A DNA stretch of 64,000 nucleotides, from contig CAVTBV010000013.1 in assembly GCA_963733095.1 (NCBI GenBank), forward strand, positions 96,001-160,000, read 5' to 3'. The notes below the pieces were generated by a model. The model had not been told where the DNA came from. It worked only from the letters and a program-made list of their open reading frames with translations, and made no database searches. Origin of the DNA: Candidatus Bathyarchaeota archaeon (GTDB taxonomy: Archaea; Thermoproteota; Bathyarchaeia; Bathyarchaeales; Bathycorpusculaceae). Of the stretch, positions 42,376-52,221 are shown one piece after another (position 1 is the first letter of the stretch; the number at the start of each line of letters is the position of its first letter). Made by a program: the position numbers and the translations under genes.

Positions 42376-42882
42376 ATGAGCATTAAATTAGACGAAAAAG
42401 ACCTCGCCATCCTAACCCTAATCCAGGAAAACAGCAAATTAACCGCCAACCAAATCGCCAAAAAAATCAACACCCCAATCACCACCGTTTTCGCAAAAAC
42501 CAAACGCATGGAAGAATTCGGCATCATAAAACAGTATCGCGCCATCCTTTCACCAGAAAAACTCAACCTCGGCACGGCAGCCTTTATTTTAGCCGCAGTA
42601 TCCTACAGTGCAAAAAACGACGACCAAACACCAATCTCCCAAAGACAGGTAGCCCAAGAAATCGCCCTCTTCCCCGAAGTACAAGAAGTACACATCATCA
42701 CAGGCGACTGGGACCTACTGGTAAAACTGCGCGCAGAGAGCGTTGATGCAATCGGCAAGTTTGTGGTCGATAAACTGCGGTTGATTAAGGGTCTAGATAA
42801 AACGTTGACTTGCATGGTGTTTGAAACCGTGAAGGAATCCACGAGCCTGCCCCAAACCTTCAGAAAAAACCTGCCCAAATAA
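42376..42882 (+). CDS. Lrp/AsnC-family regulator
   Basis: LDEKDLAIL HTH and EVHIITGDWDLLVK; divergent from asnA. Confidence 0.92.
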   Translation: MSIKLDEKDLAILTLIQENSKLTANQIAKKINTPITTVFAKTKRMEEFGIIKQYRAILSPEKLNLGTAAFILAAVSYSAKNDDQTPISQRQVAQEIALFPEVQEVHIITGDWDLLVKLRAESVDAIGKFVVDKLRLIKGLDKTLTCMVFETVKESTSLPQTFRKNLPK

Positions 42883-42885
42883 TAG

Positions 42886-43314
42886 TTAGGCTGAACTGGA
42901 ATAGTACACCAGAGGCAACGCGAGAAGAACCGTATTTTTTCCCTTAGCGGTCAGAACGTATTTTACGCGCAGGGGCGGTCCAGCAGTGACTTTTCTTATT
43001 ATGTAGCCGTGTTTCTGGAGCATTTTGAGTTTGTCCGAGAGTGTTCTTGAGTTGACGGTTAAGATTTTTTTTATCCCGCCAAAGCCTATAGAGTCTTTGA
43101 GAAGTAAGGTGTATAAGATTTCGAGGCTCCATTTTTGGAACAGAAAGTTAAAGCTTTCCTCAAGGCTTTCCAGTTCATTCTTTAGTTCGGTGGGTGTGAT
43201 TTTTTGTTTTTCCATGATTTCGTTGAAGGTGACTTCTATGCCCTTTAGTACTTTGTCCATTTGGGCTTCGACGAGTTTGCGGAATTCAGCACTCAACGTT
43301 AATGGGGCGCTCAT
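42886..43314 (-). CDS. HxlR-family wHTH regulator
   Basis: KWSLEIL, NSRTLSDKLKML and PLRVKYVLTAKG motifs. Confidence 0.85.
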   Translation of the reverse strand: MSAPLTLSAEFRKLVEAQMDKVLKGIEVTFNEIMEKQKITPTELKNELESLEESFNFLFQKWSLEILYTLLLKDSIGFGGIKKILTVNSRTLSDKLKMLQKHGYIIRKVTAGPPLRVKYVLTAKGKNTVLLALPLVYYSSSA

Positions 43315-43418
43315 GTACTCTACACTCGGTGTGGTTTTGCTTACTTCATAATTTATTAAGCTTTACATATACAACAAGGTATACAAAGTAAAGTTAACAA
43401 ACGGAGGAAACAAACCAC

Positions 43419-44780
43419 ATGGAAAAATATGACGCCATAGTCGTTGGCGCAGGAACCGCAGGCTGCTTAGCCGCAAAAACCATCGCAGAATCAGGCTTAA
43501 AAGTCTGCATCGTCGAAAAGAAAAAACGCGAAGAAATCGGCGAAAAAATCTGCGGCGACGCCCTTGGAGAGCACCACCTAAAGTTCCTCGGACTAGAAAA
43601 ACCCACAGGCGGCGAACTCGAAACTAAAATCGACGGCATAAAAATCTACTCCCCCGACGAAAACACCGTATTCACGATTGCCGACAAGGATTTTATCGGC
43701 TTCCTACTCAACAGACGCCTATTCGGCCAATGGCTCCTCAAAAAAGCCACCGACACAGGCGCAGTTCTCCAAGACAACATGAACTTTCGTTCACCCATAA
43801 TCGAGAAAGGCTCCGTCACAGGCATCACAGCCAAGAACATGAAGACAGGCGAAGTCAGTGAAATGCACAGCAAAGTAGTGATTGACGCCAGCGGCTACTT
43901 TGGCATGGTGCGCAAACAACTGCCCCCCGAAATGGGTATCGACCGCGACATAGCCAACGAAGACGTTGAAGCATGCTACAGAGAAATCCGCCAACTCAAA
44001 CAAGAAAACGAAAACACAAACTTCTGCGAAATCTACCTCAACCAAAAAGCATCACCAGGCGGCTACATATGGATTTTCCCCAAAGGCGGCGCACGAGTAA
44101 ACGTCGGCTTAGGCATCTGCATGCGCAAAAACTACCCCAACCCCAAAGAGCAACTATACAACACAGCCTTCAAAAAACAAATCTTTGAGGGCTCCCTTGT
44201 TTTGACTGGAGGCTCATGGTTTGACCCTGTCCGCAGACCCTTAGACAACATGGTTTCAAACGGAGTAATGTTAGTCGGCGACGCAGCTTCATTGGTTAAT
44301 CCCATTCACGGCGGCGGCATCGGGCCTTCAATGCTAAGCGGCTATTTTGCCGGACAACAAATCATCGAAGCACTCGGCAGAGGTGAACCTACCAAAGAAG
44401 CACTCTGGGGCTACAACAAAAGATACATCGAAACCTACGGCAAAAAACAAGGCACCCTCGACATATTCAAAATGTTCCTCCTCTCATGCAGCGACGAAGA
44501 CCTCAACTACGGCATGAACGAGAAACTCATGACCGAAGACGACGTGCTTAAAGCAGGCATGGGCGACGACTTCCACCTCAACATGACTGAAACCGCCAAA
44601 CGAGTCTTCAGAGGACTGCGAAGAGTTGGATTCCTCAACAAACTACGCTTAACAGTGACAATGATGAAACAGCTCAGGGCACACTACAACACTTACCCAG
44701 ACACACCGGCAGATTTTGAGCCATGGCGCCTGCAAACGATAAAACTGATTGAAGATGCCCGAGCAAAACTCGTAGATTAG
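43419..44780 (+). CDS. Digeranylgeranylglycerophospholipid reductase (GGR family)
   Basis: VVGAGTAG, CGDA, PGGYIWIFPKG and VGDAASLVNPIHGGGI motifs. Confidence 0.88.
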   Translation: MEKYDAIVVGAGTAGCLAAKTIAESGLKVCIVEKKKREEIGEKICGDALGEHHLKFLGLEKPTGGELETKIDGIKIYSPDENTVFTIADKDFIGFLLNRRLFGQWLLKKATDTGAVLQDNMNFRSPIIEKGSVTGITAKNMKTGEVSEMHSKVVIDASGYFGMVRKQLPPEMGIDRDIANEDVEACYREIRQLKQENENTNFCEIYLNQKASPGGYIWIFPKGGARVNVGLGICMRKNYPNPKEQLYNTAFKKQIFEGSLVLTGGSWFDPVRRPLDNMVSNGVMLVGDAASLVNPIHGGGIGPSMLSGYFAGQQIIEALGRGEPTKEALWGYNKRYIETYGKKQGTLDIFKMFLLSCSDEDLNYGMNEKLMTEDDVLKAGMGDDFHLNMTETAKRVFRGLRRVGFLNKLRLTVTMMKQLRAHYNTYPDTPADFEPWRLQTIKLIEDARAKLVD

Positions 44781-44870
44781 CCCAGCTAATCTTCTCTTTT
44801 GTTTTTTCTTTTCTTTTAATTCCTGTAAAGGCTTAAATGCCCATTGACATGCATACTTACTGGTGAAAAA

Positions 44871-45209
44871 ATGGTTTACTGCTCTAACTGCGGCACAAAA
44901 ATAGATGATGAGGCTTATTTCTGTTTTAAATGTGGAACCAAAACTCAAGCAGGCAAAACCGCTAAAGCCGTGTATCCCGCTGACGAATTGCGCGATGCCT
45001 TCCACCAAGTAGGACTTGAACTCGAAAAAGCATTCACCATGGCGGCAAGAGAAACTCAAGCAGCATTCAAGAAAGTTAACGAGAACATGCAGCAAAAAAA
45101 CCCTTCGAACACCCAAGGAACTGTTGTATGCTCCAGCTGCGGAACAAAGAACGTTTCTGGTGCAGTTTTCTGCCACAACTGCGGAACAAAAGTAGAATCA
45201 TCTAAGTAG
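44871..45209 (+). CDS. Double zinc-ribbon protein
   Basis: CSNC..CFKC at the N-terminus and CSSC..CHNC at the C-terminus. Confidence 0.8.
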   Translation: MVYCSNCGTKIDDEAYFCFKCGTKTQAGKTAKAVYPADELRDAFHQVGLELEKAFTMAARETQAAFKKVNENMQQKNPSNTQGTVVCSSCGTKNVSGAVFCHNCGTKVESSK

Positions 45210-45229
45210 TCATCGGAAGACCTAAAAAA

Positions 45230-45703
45230 ATGAACATAAACAAGACTCTAATAACATATGTAAGCAAGGGCGGAGCTACCGAGGAGGCGGCGAGGAAAAT
45301 AGCGGAAACCCTGCGCTCAAAGTTTCAGCTACAAGTCGATTTAGTCGACCTAAAAGAACAAAATGCTCCGGATTTAGCGTTGTACCCGAACATCATAGTT
45401 GGTGCTGGTGTTAGAGGCGGAAGAGTTTACGGTAAAGCCCTAAAGTTTCTCGAAAACGATTTGACAGGGAAAAAGGTTGCTTTTTTTGTTTCCTCTTCTT
45501 GGGCAGGTACCCCTGGAAGCTACGATAATGCCAAAGCCAAATTTGTAGAAAAAACATTAACTAAATTTCCCAAGATTAATCTTGTCAGCACGGAAGCCTT
45601 CGGCGGACGCATAAGATACTTCAGAAAAACTATGCTGGATAACACAGACTTAGGAAAAGTTGAGGCTTGGGCAGAACAACTTGGAAAAAAATATACCCAA
45701 TAA
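45230..45703 (+). CDS. Flavodoxin-domain (HemG-like) protein
   Basis: YVSKGGATEEAA and FGGR motifs. Confidence 0.8.
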   Translation: MNINKTLITYVSKGGATEEAARKIAETLRSKFQLQVDLVDLKEQNAPDLALYPNIIVGAGVRGGRVYGKALKFLENDLTGKKVAFFVSSSWAGTPGSYDNAKAKFVEKTLTKFPKINLVSTEAFGGRIRYFRKTMLDNTDLGKVEAWAEQLGKKYTQ

Positions 45704-45905
45704 ACTAACCCTCACAAAAGCAAATGCGTTGCTTTGCCCCACCTGCTGCGTTGAATACGTCGAAGTCGAGTTTGACTTAGAAGTTGACGGTATCATTCTT
45801 GACAATGTTAAAGCACTCAAGTGTCCTGAATGCAATGAAGAGCTATTCACGCCCGAACAATATGAAACGATTGCGAGAAGAATCAAGAGCTCAACAAATC
45901 TCTAA
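45660..45905 (+). CDS. YgiT/MqsA-type zinc-finger protein (start uncertain)
   Basis: CPTC...LDNVKALKCPECNEELFTPEQ. Confidence 0.65.
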   Translation: MRLGQNNLEKNIPNKLTLTKANALLCPTCCVEYVEVEFDLEVDGIILDNVKALKCPECNEELFTPEQYETIARRIKSSTNL

Positions 45906-46222
45906 CACGTTTCTGACGTCTTCATTATTGTTTTTTACAATAATAATCAAGGTTGCTGAATTTAGACCTGAACTCTGGTTGTTATGCTATTTCCAATAAA
46001 GTCGATAATTCCATAACCTTCCAAAAACCGGTTAAAGAACATCTAAATACTATCTTACGAGAACAATAGTTCTGCTGTAGCCGCAATCTTTCAGCATGTT
46101 GACAAAAACCTAGAACGATAATAGAAAAAAACTGAAGAGATAGGTTTTTATGTTCCTGTTAAGTCTCTAAGGTAATCGCCAACATATAAAAGACGGCAAA
46201 ACAATTGGATTGATCGACTAAC

Positions 46223-46531
46223 ATGGTAAGAAAAGCACGAATACGCCTCACAAGTACCGATTACAGTAAATTAGAAGAGGTATGTGGAGAACTCAAAAGC
46301 ATCGCGTCAAAAACAGGCGTGAAGATGAACGGGCCAGTACCGCTACCAACCAAACGTTTGCGCGTTCCAGTCCTTAAAGGTCCATCCGGTGAAGGCACAG
46401 CCACATGGGACCGATGGGAAATGCGTATCCACAAACGCTTAATCGACATCGACTCCGAAGAACGTGTCATGCGTCGAATCATGCGTATACGGGTTCCAGA
46501 AGAAGTCCATGTCACAATCGAACTCATCTAA
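46223..46531 (+). CDS. rpsJ: 30S ribosomal protein uS10
   Basis: [16 protein letters not shown] and [12 protein letters not shown] motifs. Confidence 0.97.
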   Translation: MVRKARIRLTSTDYSKLEEVCGELKSIASKTGVKMNGPVPLPTKRLRVPVLKGPSGEGTATWDRWEMRIHKRLIDIDSEERVMRRIMRIRVPEEVHVTIELI

Positions 46532-46621
46532 AATTTTTTAGTTCATTTTTAATTCAACAATTCTTCTTCCAGAGTACGCCTTAAATCTAGGCTTTAAATC
46601 AAGCGTTTTAGAGGTGAAACG

Positions 46622-46761
46622 ATGAAAGAATGGCGATGCATACTTAGTTAGTCACCAAGACGAAGTTGGCAAAGCCATCATGGAGTGGGAACGACAAGGC
46701 TGGCGAATGAACTCCATTCAACTACACGGTCAACCATTACGTGCTTTTCGAAAGAGGGTAA
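46622..46761 (+). pseudogene. Frameshifted small DUF4177-like gene
   Basis: RBS gaggtga, then MKEWRCIL / VSHQDEVGKAIMEWERQGWRMNS / FNYTVNHYVLFERG* across two shifts. Confidence 0.5.
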
Positions 46762-46804
46762 TAAACTGCCGCCGATTTGTTAAGGACTTTTGACTTATTT
46801 TAAA

Positions 46805-47635
46805 TCAGTAACCGAAAGCTTGAAGGTAGGTTACTATAGCTAAAGTTACGCTTGCAGTAAAAGCTAAGGCCCAAATCTTCTTGTTAAAGCTAAAGATTTT
46901 GTATCCATCTAAGATGCCGAAAGGTATCAGATTGAAAACTGCCATGAAAGCATTGATGTAAGCGGCAAAGTATAACATAAAGACCATTGGGCTGAAAGGT
47001 AGAGCGAACGCGAATCCCAGAAGTGAACTTGCGAAAATAATGTTAGTGATTGGTCCAGCAATGGAAATTTTCACTATGTCTTCGCCACTGGGAACGGAAC
47101 CGCCAATCATCATGGCCCCAGGAGAAATCATTTTGAAAGGCAAAAATACTGAAACAAGCGTTAAGACTGCGCCCCAAGTTGTTAGCCTAAATTCAGCCCA
47201 CATACCTTTCTTTTGAGCCATAATTTTATGAGCGATTTCGTGAACCAGAAAAGATGCAGTCATAATTACTGCGAAAACAGCCATAACATCCCATGTCCAA
47301 GCGGCTAAGAAACCCCCAAAAAAATTACCGTATACTCCAATGGAAAAGCCGATGCCGATCACAAGCGTCGCTGCAACGACTATATGTTTAAGCTCTTTTG
47401 GACTGGTATAAATGTGGTTTTTGCGTTTATAGAGGTCTTGGCCATACACATAACTATAACTGTATGAGCCGTAGGCTTGATTTGTCATTACTTGATCTTG
47501 TCTTTGGGCGCGAGCAGCGTCGATTCTTGCGCATGCATGGTTTTCTGGTAAACGGTGTGCACTGCAGAATTGGCCTCCGCAGTGGGGGCAACGGAATGGA
47601 AGAAGAGTTTCTTGGGAGCATGTCTGGCATTTCAT
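46805..47635 (-). CDS. AN1 zinc finger fused to a site-2 (M50) metalloprotease
   Basis: CQTC..LPFRCPHCGGQFCSAHRLPENHAC; HEIAH, AGPITN and FNLIPFGILDG motifs. Confidence 0.9.
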   Translation of the reverse strand: MKCQTCSQETLLPFRCPHCGGQFCSAHRLPENHACARIDAARAQRQDQVMTNQAYGSYSYSYVYGQDLYKRKNHIYTSPKELKHIVVAATLVIGIGFSIGVYGNFFGGFLAAWTWDVMAVFAVIMTASFLVHEIAHKIMAQKKGMWAEFRLTTWGAVLTLVSVFLPFKMISPGAMMIGGSVPSGEDIVKISIAGPITNIIFASSLLGFAFALPFSPMVFMLYFAAYINAFMAVFNLIPFGILDGYKIFSFNKKIWALAFTASVTLAIVTYLQAFGY

Positions 47636-47822
47636 TTTGGTTGGGCGCCTTTCATTGTAAATGTAAAGTGTATCTTATATTTTTACGCCAAAATAATTAG
47701 AAAATTACCTTAGAATAAAGAGAACAGAATCCTTCAATGTTTATTTTGGGTATGATAAAACCCAATACCCTGAATAAAAACGCATGGAAAATAAAAAAAA
47801 TACCTAAATCACACACCATTAA

Positions 47823-48083
47823 TCACGACTTTTCCCAAGCCTCAATCAAGCACACGACAGCTTTGGCCTTGGGACTCTCGCTGAACCTGTACATTCGAAC
47901 ACGACCATACGTGTGCACCCGCAGAATGCCCTCCGACTCCAAAATTTTAAGGTGTTCGCTGGTTGAGGTAAAATTCAGTTTCAGACGGCGTGCAATATCG
48001 GAAACGTTGAGTTGGCCCAGTTGGTAGATGAGTTTTAGGATCTTCATGCGGGACTTTGATGAGAAAACTTCCTCCAGCTCCAT
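47823..48083 (-). CDS. ArsR-like winged-helix protein
   Basis: FSSKSRMKILK...LNVSDIARRLKLN...HLKILESEG. Confidence 0.8.
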   Translation of the reverse strand: MELEEVFSSKSRMKILKLIYQLGQLNVSDIARRLKLNFTSTSEHLKILESEGILRVHTYGRVRMYRFSESPKAKAVVCLIEAWEKS

Positions 48084-48094
48084 AAAGTTCACCA

Positions 48095-49279
48095 TTACCC
48101 TTTTTGTGATTGTAAACTTGCCGTTAATTCCTTTTCGAGTTCGCCTGCGGGGATGGTTGGCAGGGAAATCCGTGTGGTTCGTCCACGTGTTTCGGCGCTG
48201 GCTACTTCGGTTTTTAGTATGCCTAATTTGGATAGGTACTGGGCGTAGTTCCAGACCTGTGTGTGCCCGTTGGGTGTTTCGTCGAACTCTTCGCATGCGA
48301 TGGCGTAGGCTTTTTCAACTTCGGATAAAGCGACGTAGGCTTGCTCGTTTTCCTTGAAGTAGCGGGCAACGGCAAGCAGGAACAGTTTCTCATGCAAGCC
48401 CAGCCCAGACAACTCGCTTCGGCGTAAGCTTGGGATGATGCTTGAAACCGCCATGCGGACACACTCAGGCTCCACACAACCAGCATCTTCCGCGTCAGCG
48501 TATTTACCTGAACGCCACAGCAACTCAATCCCAAACCGGGCGTTTCCAGTTTCGGTATATGCCAACTCAGAAATCAAATCCACTACATCCTCAGGCACTG
48601 TGCCAACCTCAAATGCCATGGAGACGCGGTCAGTTAAGATGTCTATGAGCTGGGGTTTGCCGTAGCGTTCCAACCTGATTATGCTACGCTGCAGGGTGCT
48701 TCTCGCGCTTTCATCAAGTTGCTCAATGGCTTCTAAGCCACGCATGATAAAAATAAACGACAGCCTCTGCGGTTTTCCCTGCCGCATCTCCTGCAACCGC
48801 GTCAATTTGTAAACGGCGTCGGAACCTTCCTTCTCGATTAAGCTGTCGAACTCGTCAAGAGTCAGAATCATATGGGCATTTTCTTCGTCCAAAATCTGCA
48901 TGAGTGTTCCAAGAATTTCTTCGGAACCATAACCGCGGGCTGGGTAATTTGGGCGGAAAACGGTCACGGCACGATGCAGAATCGGCGAGAGGCTGCCTCG
49001 GTATTCGCGACAGTTAACGTGGACGTAGCGGAATTTTATGCCCCGCTTGTTCGCTTCTGAGGTGATGGTTGCGCCAAAATGCTGTGCGAGCGCGGTTTTT
49101 CCCGTGCCCACGTCGCCCGTTAAGATGACTCTTTGCGCCATCCGTTCTGGACACTGCAAAACAAAGTTGAAGAACTCCATTAGCAGTCGATGCTGGGTTT
49201 CGCGGTGCGGCAGCTTCGCTGGAATATAATTTATGTCAAGTTTGGATTCGTCTTTGAACACACTTTGATGCGGCGCCAA
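48095..49279 (-). CDS. cdc6: Cdc6/Orc1 replication initiation protein
   Basis: YIPAKLPHRE, Walker A GDVGTGKT, VNC, Walker B LDEFD, GNAR, C-terminal wHTH RGRTT. Confidence 0.93.
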   Translation of the reverse strand: MAPHQSVFKDESKLDINYIPAKLPHRETQHRLLMEFFNFVLQCPERMAQRVILTGDVGTGKTALAQHFGATITSEANKRGIKFRYVHVNCREYRGSLSPILHRAVTVFRPNYPARGYGSEEILGTLMQILDEENAHMILTLDEFDSLIEKEGSDAVYKLTRLQEMRQGKPQRLSFIFIMRGLEAIEQLDESARSTLQRSIIRLERYGKPQLIDILTDRVSMAFEVGTVPEDVVDLISELAYTETGNARFGIELLWRSGKYADAEDAGCVEPECVRMAVSSIIPSLRRSELSGLGLHEKLFLLAVARYFKENEQAYVALSEVEKAYAIACEEFDETPNGHTQVWNYAQYLSKLGILKTEVASAETRGRTTRISLPTIPAGELEKELTASLQSQKG

Positions 49280-49493
49280 ACGTTTTTCCTTCAGGCACAA
49301 TTAATTGTTTTTGGGTAATATTATGTTTTGGAACAAACACTGCAACTTTAAACGTAAACCTAATAAAAAAAAGGTTTACCTTTTGTAGCCCCCTGAAACG
49401 CTCTGGCCTTCTACGGGAGACATCGCCACTTACTAGTGATTCGGAACAAAACACTAATAAACACATTTAGCAACACTATTTTTCGAAACTAAC

Positions 49494-50060
49494 ATGATAC
49501 CAAAATACTTCTTTTTCACAAAAGGAGTCGGCAAACATAAAGAGCAACTCCAATCATTCGAATTAGCCCTGCGCGATGCAGGCATCCAAATGTGCAACTT
49601 GGTCGCCGTATCAAGCATCGTTCCCCCAGGATGTGAACTTCTCACTCGGGAAAAAGGCTTAAAGATGGTGCAGCCCGGCGAAATCACCTTTGTCGTCATA
49701 GCCCGCAACGCAACCAACGAACCCCACAGGCTCGTTGCATCATCCGTCGGTGTCGCCATTCCCTCGGGCAAAAACCAGTACGGCTACCTGAGTGAACACC
49801 ACAGTTTTGGGCAAACTGACGAAACTGCCGGCGACTATGCAGAAGACCTCGCCGCAACCATGCTGGCGACAACCATGGGCATCCAATTTGACCCCGAAAC
49901 CGCCTGGGACGAACGTAAGCAACTCTTCAAAACCACAGGGTTAATAATTAAAACAGCCAACGCGACTCAGTCTGCTGCAGGCGACAAGAACGGGTTATGG
50001 ACCACGACCGTGGCTGCTGCTGTTTTTGTTCCGGCAGAAAACAACAAATCAAAAGAATAA
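49494..50060 (+). CDS. pdaD: Pyruvoyl-dependent arginine decarboxylase
   Basis: [22 protein letters not shown] (Ser-Ser cleavage site) and YGYLSEHH. Confidence 0.92.
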   Translation: MIPKYFFFTKGVGKHKEQLQSFELALRDAGIQMCNLVAVSSIVPPGCELLTREKGLKMVQPGEITFVVIARNATNEPHRLVASSVGVAIPSGKNQYGYLSEHHSFGQTDETAGDYAEDLAATMLATTMGIQFDPETAWDERKQLFKTTGLIIKTANATQSAAGDKNGLWTTTVAAAVFVPAENNKSKE

Positions 50061-50349
50061 CAAACGGTGTTTAGCAAGTTTCTTTTTGGGCTTGCGTATT
50101 TTCTTTTATTCATCTTCTAAATTTTTTTAGGTACAGACGAGCACCTTATGTTTCTCTAAAGATGTTGTAAAAAACAAAAGTGGTGGACTTGCCTATTTGA
50201 GCCAGCGGCTATCTCTTTCCAGCTTTCCTAGCGCAAGCGTCACTGCAATACTTTGATTTCGTATCAAAAGTTGTGTATTTCTTTTTGCAGATTGGACATT
50301 TCTTTTCCATATGAACCCAGCCGTTAAATATACGTGCTGGGGTACAAGT

Positions 50350-50630
50350 TTAAAGCTTTTGTGCAAAAAAGACAAGATCATCTCCAGTAGCCGCGGCATC
50401 CTTCGGCTTAATCGCCAAAGCAACATTCAAACTCGGATCAACCGTCCCCGCCGCCTTACCGAGCGAAAAATTGAAGCCCTGCACACTAACCGCCATAGGC
50501 TTCCCGCCAGCCGAAATCTCCTTTAACAATATCCACAAAACTCCGAACCGTGCCAATAATCTCATTCACATTCAAAAACGCCTTAATTGGCTCCGCTCTC
50601 ACATTATGCTCCTCAACCAACAAATTCATC
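50350..50630 (-). pseudogene. Frameshifted small hypothetical gene
   Basis: Two overlapping ORFs join into ...LNVNEIIGTVRSFVDIVK/EISAGGKPMAVSVQGFNFSLGK...LNVALAIKPK. Confidence 0.45.
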
Positions 50631-51120
50631 TCAATATGCTCACAAGAAAACACGCGCCCTAAGGCGTTTAAAGATGTGTGACTATACCCCGCCACAAATA
50701 CTCACCGACCTTTTTCAACCAAAACAAACCCGTATCCGAACCTTTCCGCAAAGTTGTCTATTTCAGCAATCTATAGTCTAATAGCACAACCTTATAAAAA
50801 ACCCCAAACACACAAATCCTCTGCAACAAAAAATAAATGCCCAATAACTCCAAGACCTCGAAAACATAGCGAAAATCACTGTATATTGAAGAAGCCGGAC
50901 CTACAAAACAGCAATTAATAGAGAAATTCGTAAACACTGTTACCAAAAATCATATTTGCGTCTTGATTAGTCCAAATATTTCCATTTATCCCTTTATTCT
51001 AAAGCAGAGTTTTTTGGAGTTAATTTGGGGACCTCATCAAAAAAGAAAGGTTGTTGGTTCGTGTTGTTTAAATATTAGTGTTATGACTATGAAGTTGCAA
51101 AAAGAAGGAATAACTGAAGA

Positions 51121-51561
51121 ATGGGTTCCAAGTCACCAAGAGGCGAATTTGCCGCAAGGCAACTAGCAAAGAAACGGAAGAATTTCCGTTGGTCAGATCG
51201 TTACTTTAACCGACGCATGCTTATGCTCGATGAGAAAGTTGATCCTATGCAGGGTGCACCCCAGAGCCGGGGCATCGTTCTCGAGAAAGTAGGTGTCGAA
51301 TCTAAGCAGCCCAACAGCGCCATCCGCAAATGTGTCCGCACCCAACTTATAAAAAATGGAAGAACCATCACAGCGTTCTTGCCCGGTGACGGCGCCCTCA
51401 ACGTGATCGACGAACACGACGAAGTAGTCGTGGAAGGCATCGGTGGCACCAGAGGCGGCGCAATGGGAGACATTCCAGGTGTCCGCTGGAAGGTCGTTAT
51501 GGTTAACGGCGTAAGCCTAAATGAACTCGTCTATGGACGTAAACAAAAACCAGCAAGGTAA
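51121..51561 (+). CDS. rpsL: 30S ribosomal protein uS12
   Basis: [12 protein letters not shown] and GDIPGVR motifs. Confidence 0.97.
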   Translation: MGSKSPRGEFAARQLAKKRKNFRWSDRYFNRRMLMLDEKVDPMQGAPQSRGIVLEKVGVESKQPNSAIRKCVRTQLIKNGRTITAFLPGDGALNVIDEHDEVVVEGIGGTRGGAMGDIPGVRWKVVMVNGVSLNELVYGRKQKPAR

Positions 51562-51566
51562 TTTGT

Positions 51567-52157
51567 ATGTCAACAGTTTCGGTATCAACTCCTCAAGAAA
51601 TTAAACTCTTCCAAAAATGGAGCTTCAAAGACATCACAGTCGTAGACATAGGTCTGCAAAGATACCTCAACTTAACCCCGATGGTTGCACCCCACAGCAT
51701 GGGACGCCACGAACACCAACGCTTCCGAAAATCCAAAGTAAACATCGTTGAACGCTTAATCAACGGGCTGATGCGCAGCGGCAAGAATGCAGGCAAAAAA
51801 GCCAAAGCAACCAACATCGTAAAAGAAACCTTTGAAATAATCAACTTACGCACAGGCAAAAACCCCATCGAAGTCCTCGTGAAAGCAGTCGAAAACGCAA
51901 GCCCATGCGAAGACACCACACGTGTCAGCTACGGCGGAGTCGTCTACCACCTATCCGTAGACGTTGCCCCTCAACGCAGAATCGACCTTGCCATACGTCA
52001 CATAACCGCAGGAGCACGTGCATCCTCAGCCAACAACCCGCGCAGTATCCAAGAGACCCTCGCCGACGAACTTGTTCTCGCAGCTAACAAAGATATAAAG
52101 AGTGTTGCAGTCGCCAAACGCAACGAAATCGAGCGCGTTGCACAATCCAGCAGATAA
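51567..52157 (+). CDS. rpsG: 30S ribosomal protein uS7
   Basis: IVERLIN, VDVAPQRRIDLA and EIERVAQSSR motifs. Confidence 0.97.
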   Translation: MSTVSVSTPQEIKLFQKWSFKDITVVDIGLQRYLNLTPMVAPHSMGRHEHQRFRKSKVNIVERLINGLMRSGKNAGKKAKATNIVKETFEIINLRTGKNPIEVLVKAVENASPCEDTTRVSYGGVVYHLSVDVAPQRRIDLAIRHITAGARASSANNPRSIQETLADELVLAANKDIKSVAVAKRNEIERVAQSSR

Positions 52158-52221
52158 ACTGCCCAACATTTTCTTAATTTTTTATTTTTTAATTCTTAAA
52201 TCTTAAAATTGCCTTTTTGTT

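Noticed and set aside
45660-45905. MqsRA-like toxin-antitoxin pair
   Set aside because: Only the Zn-finger domain is present, with no HTH and no adjacent toxin.
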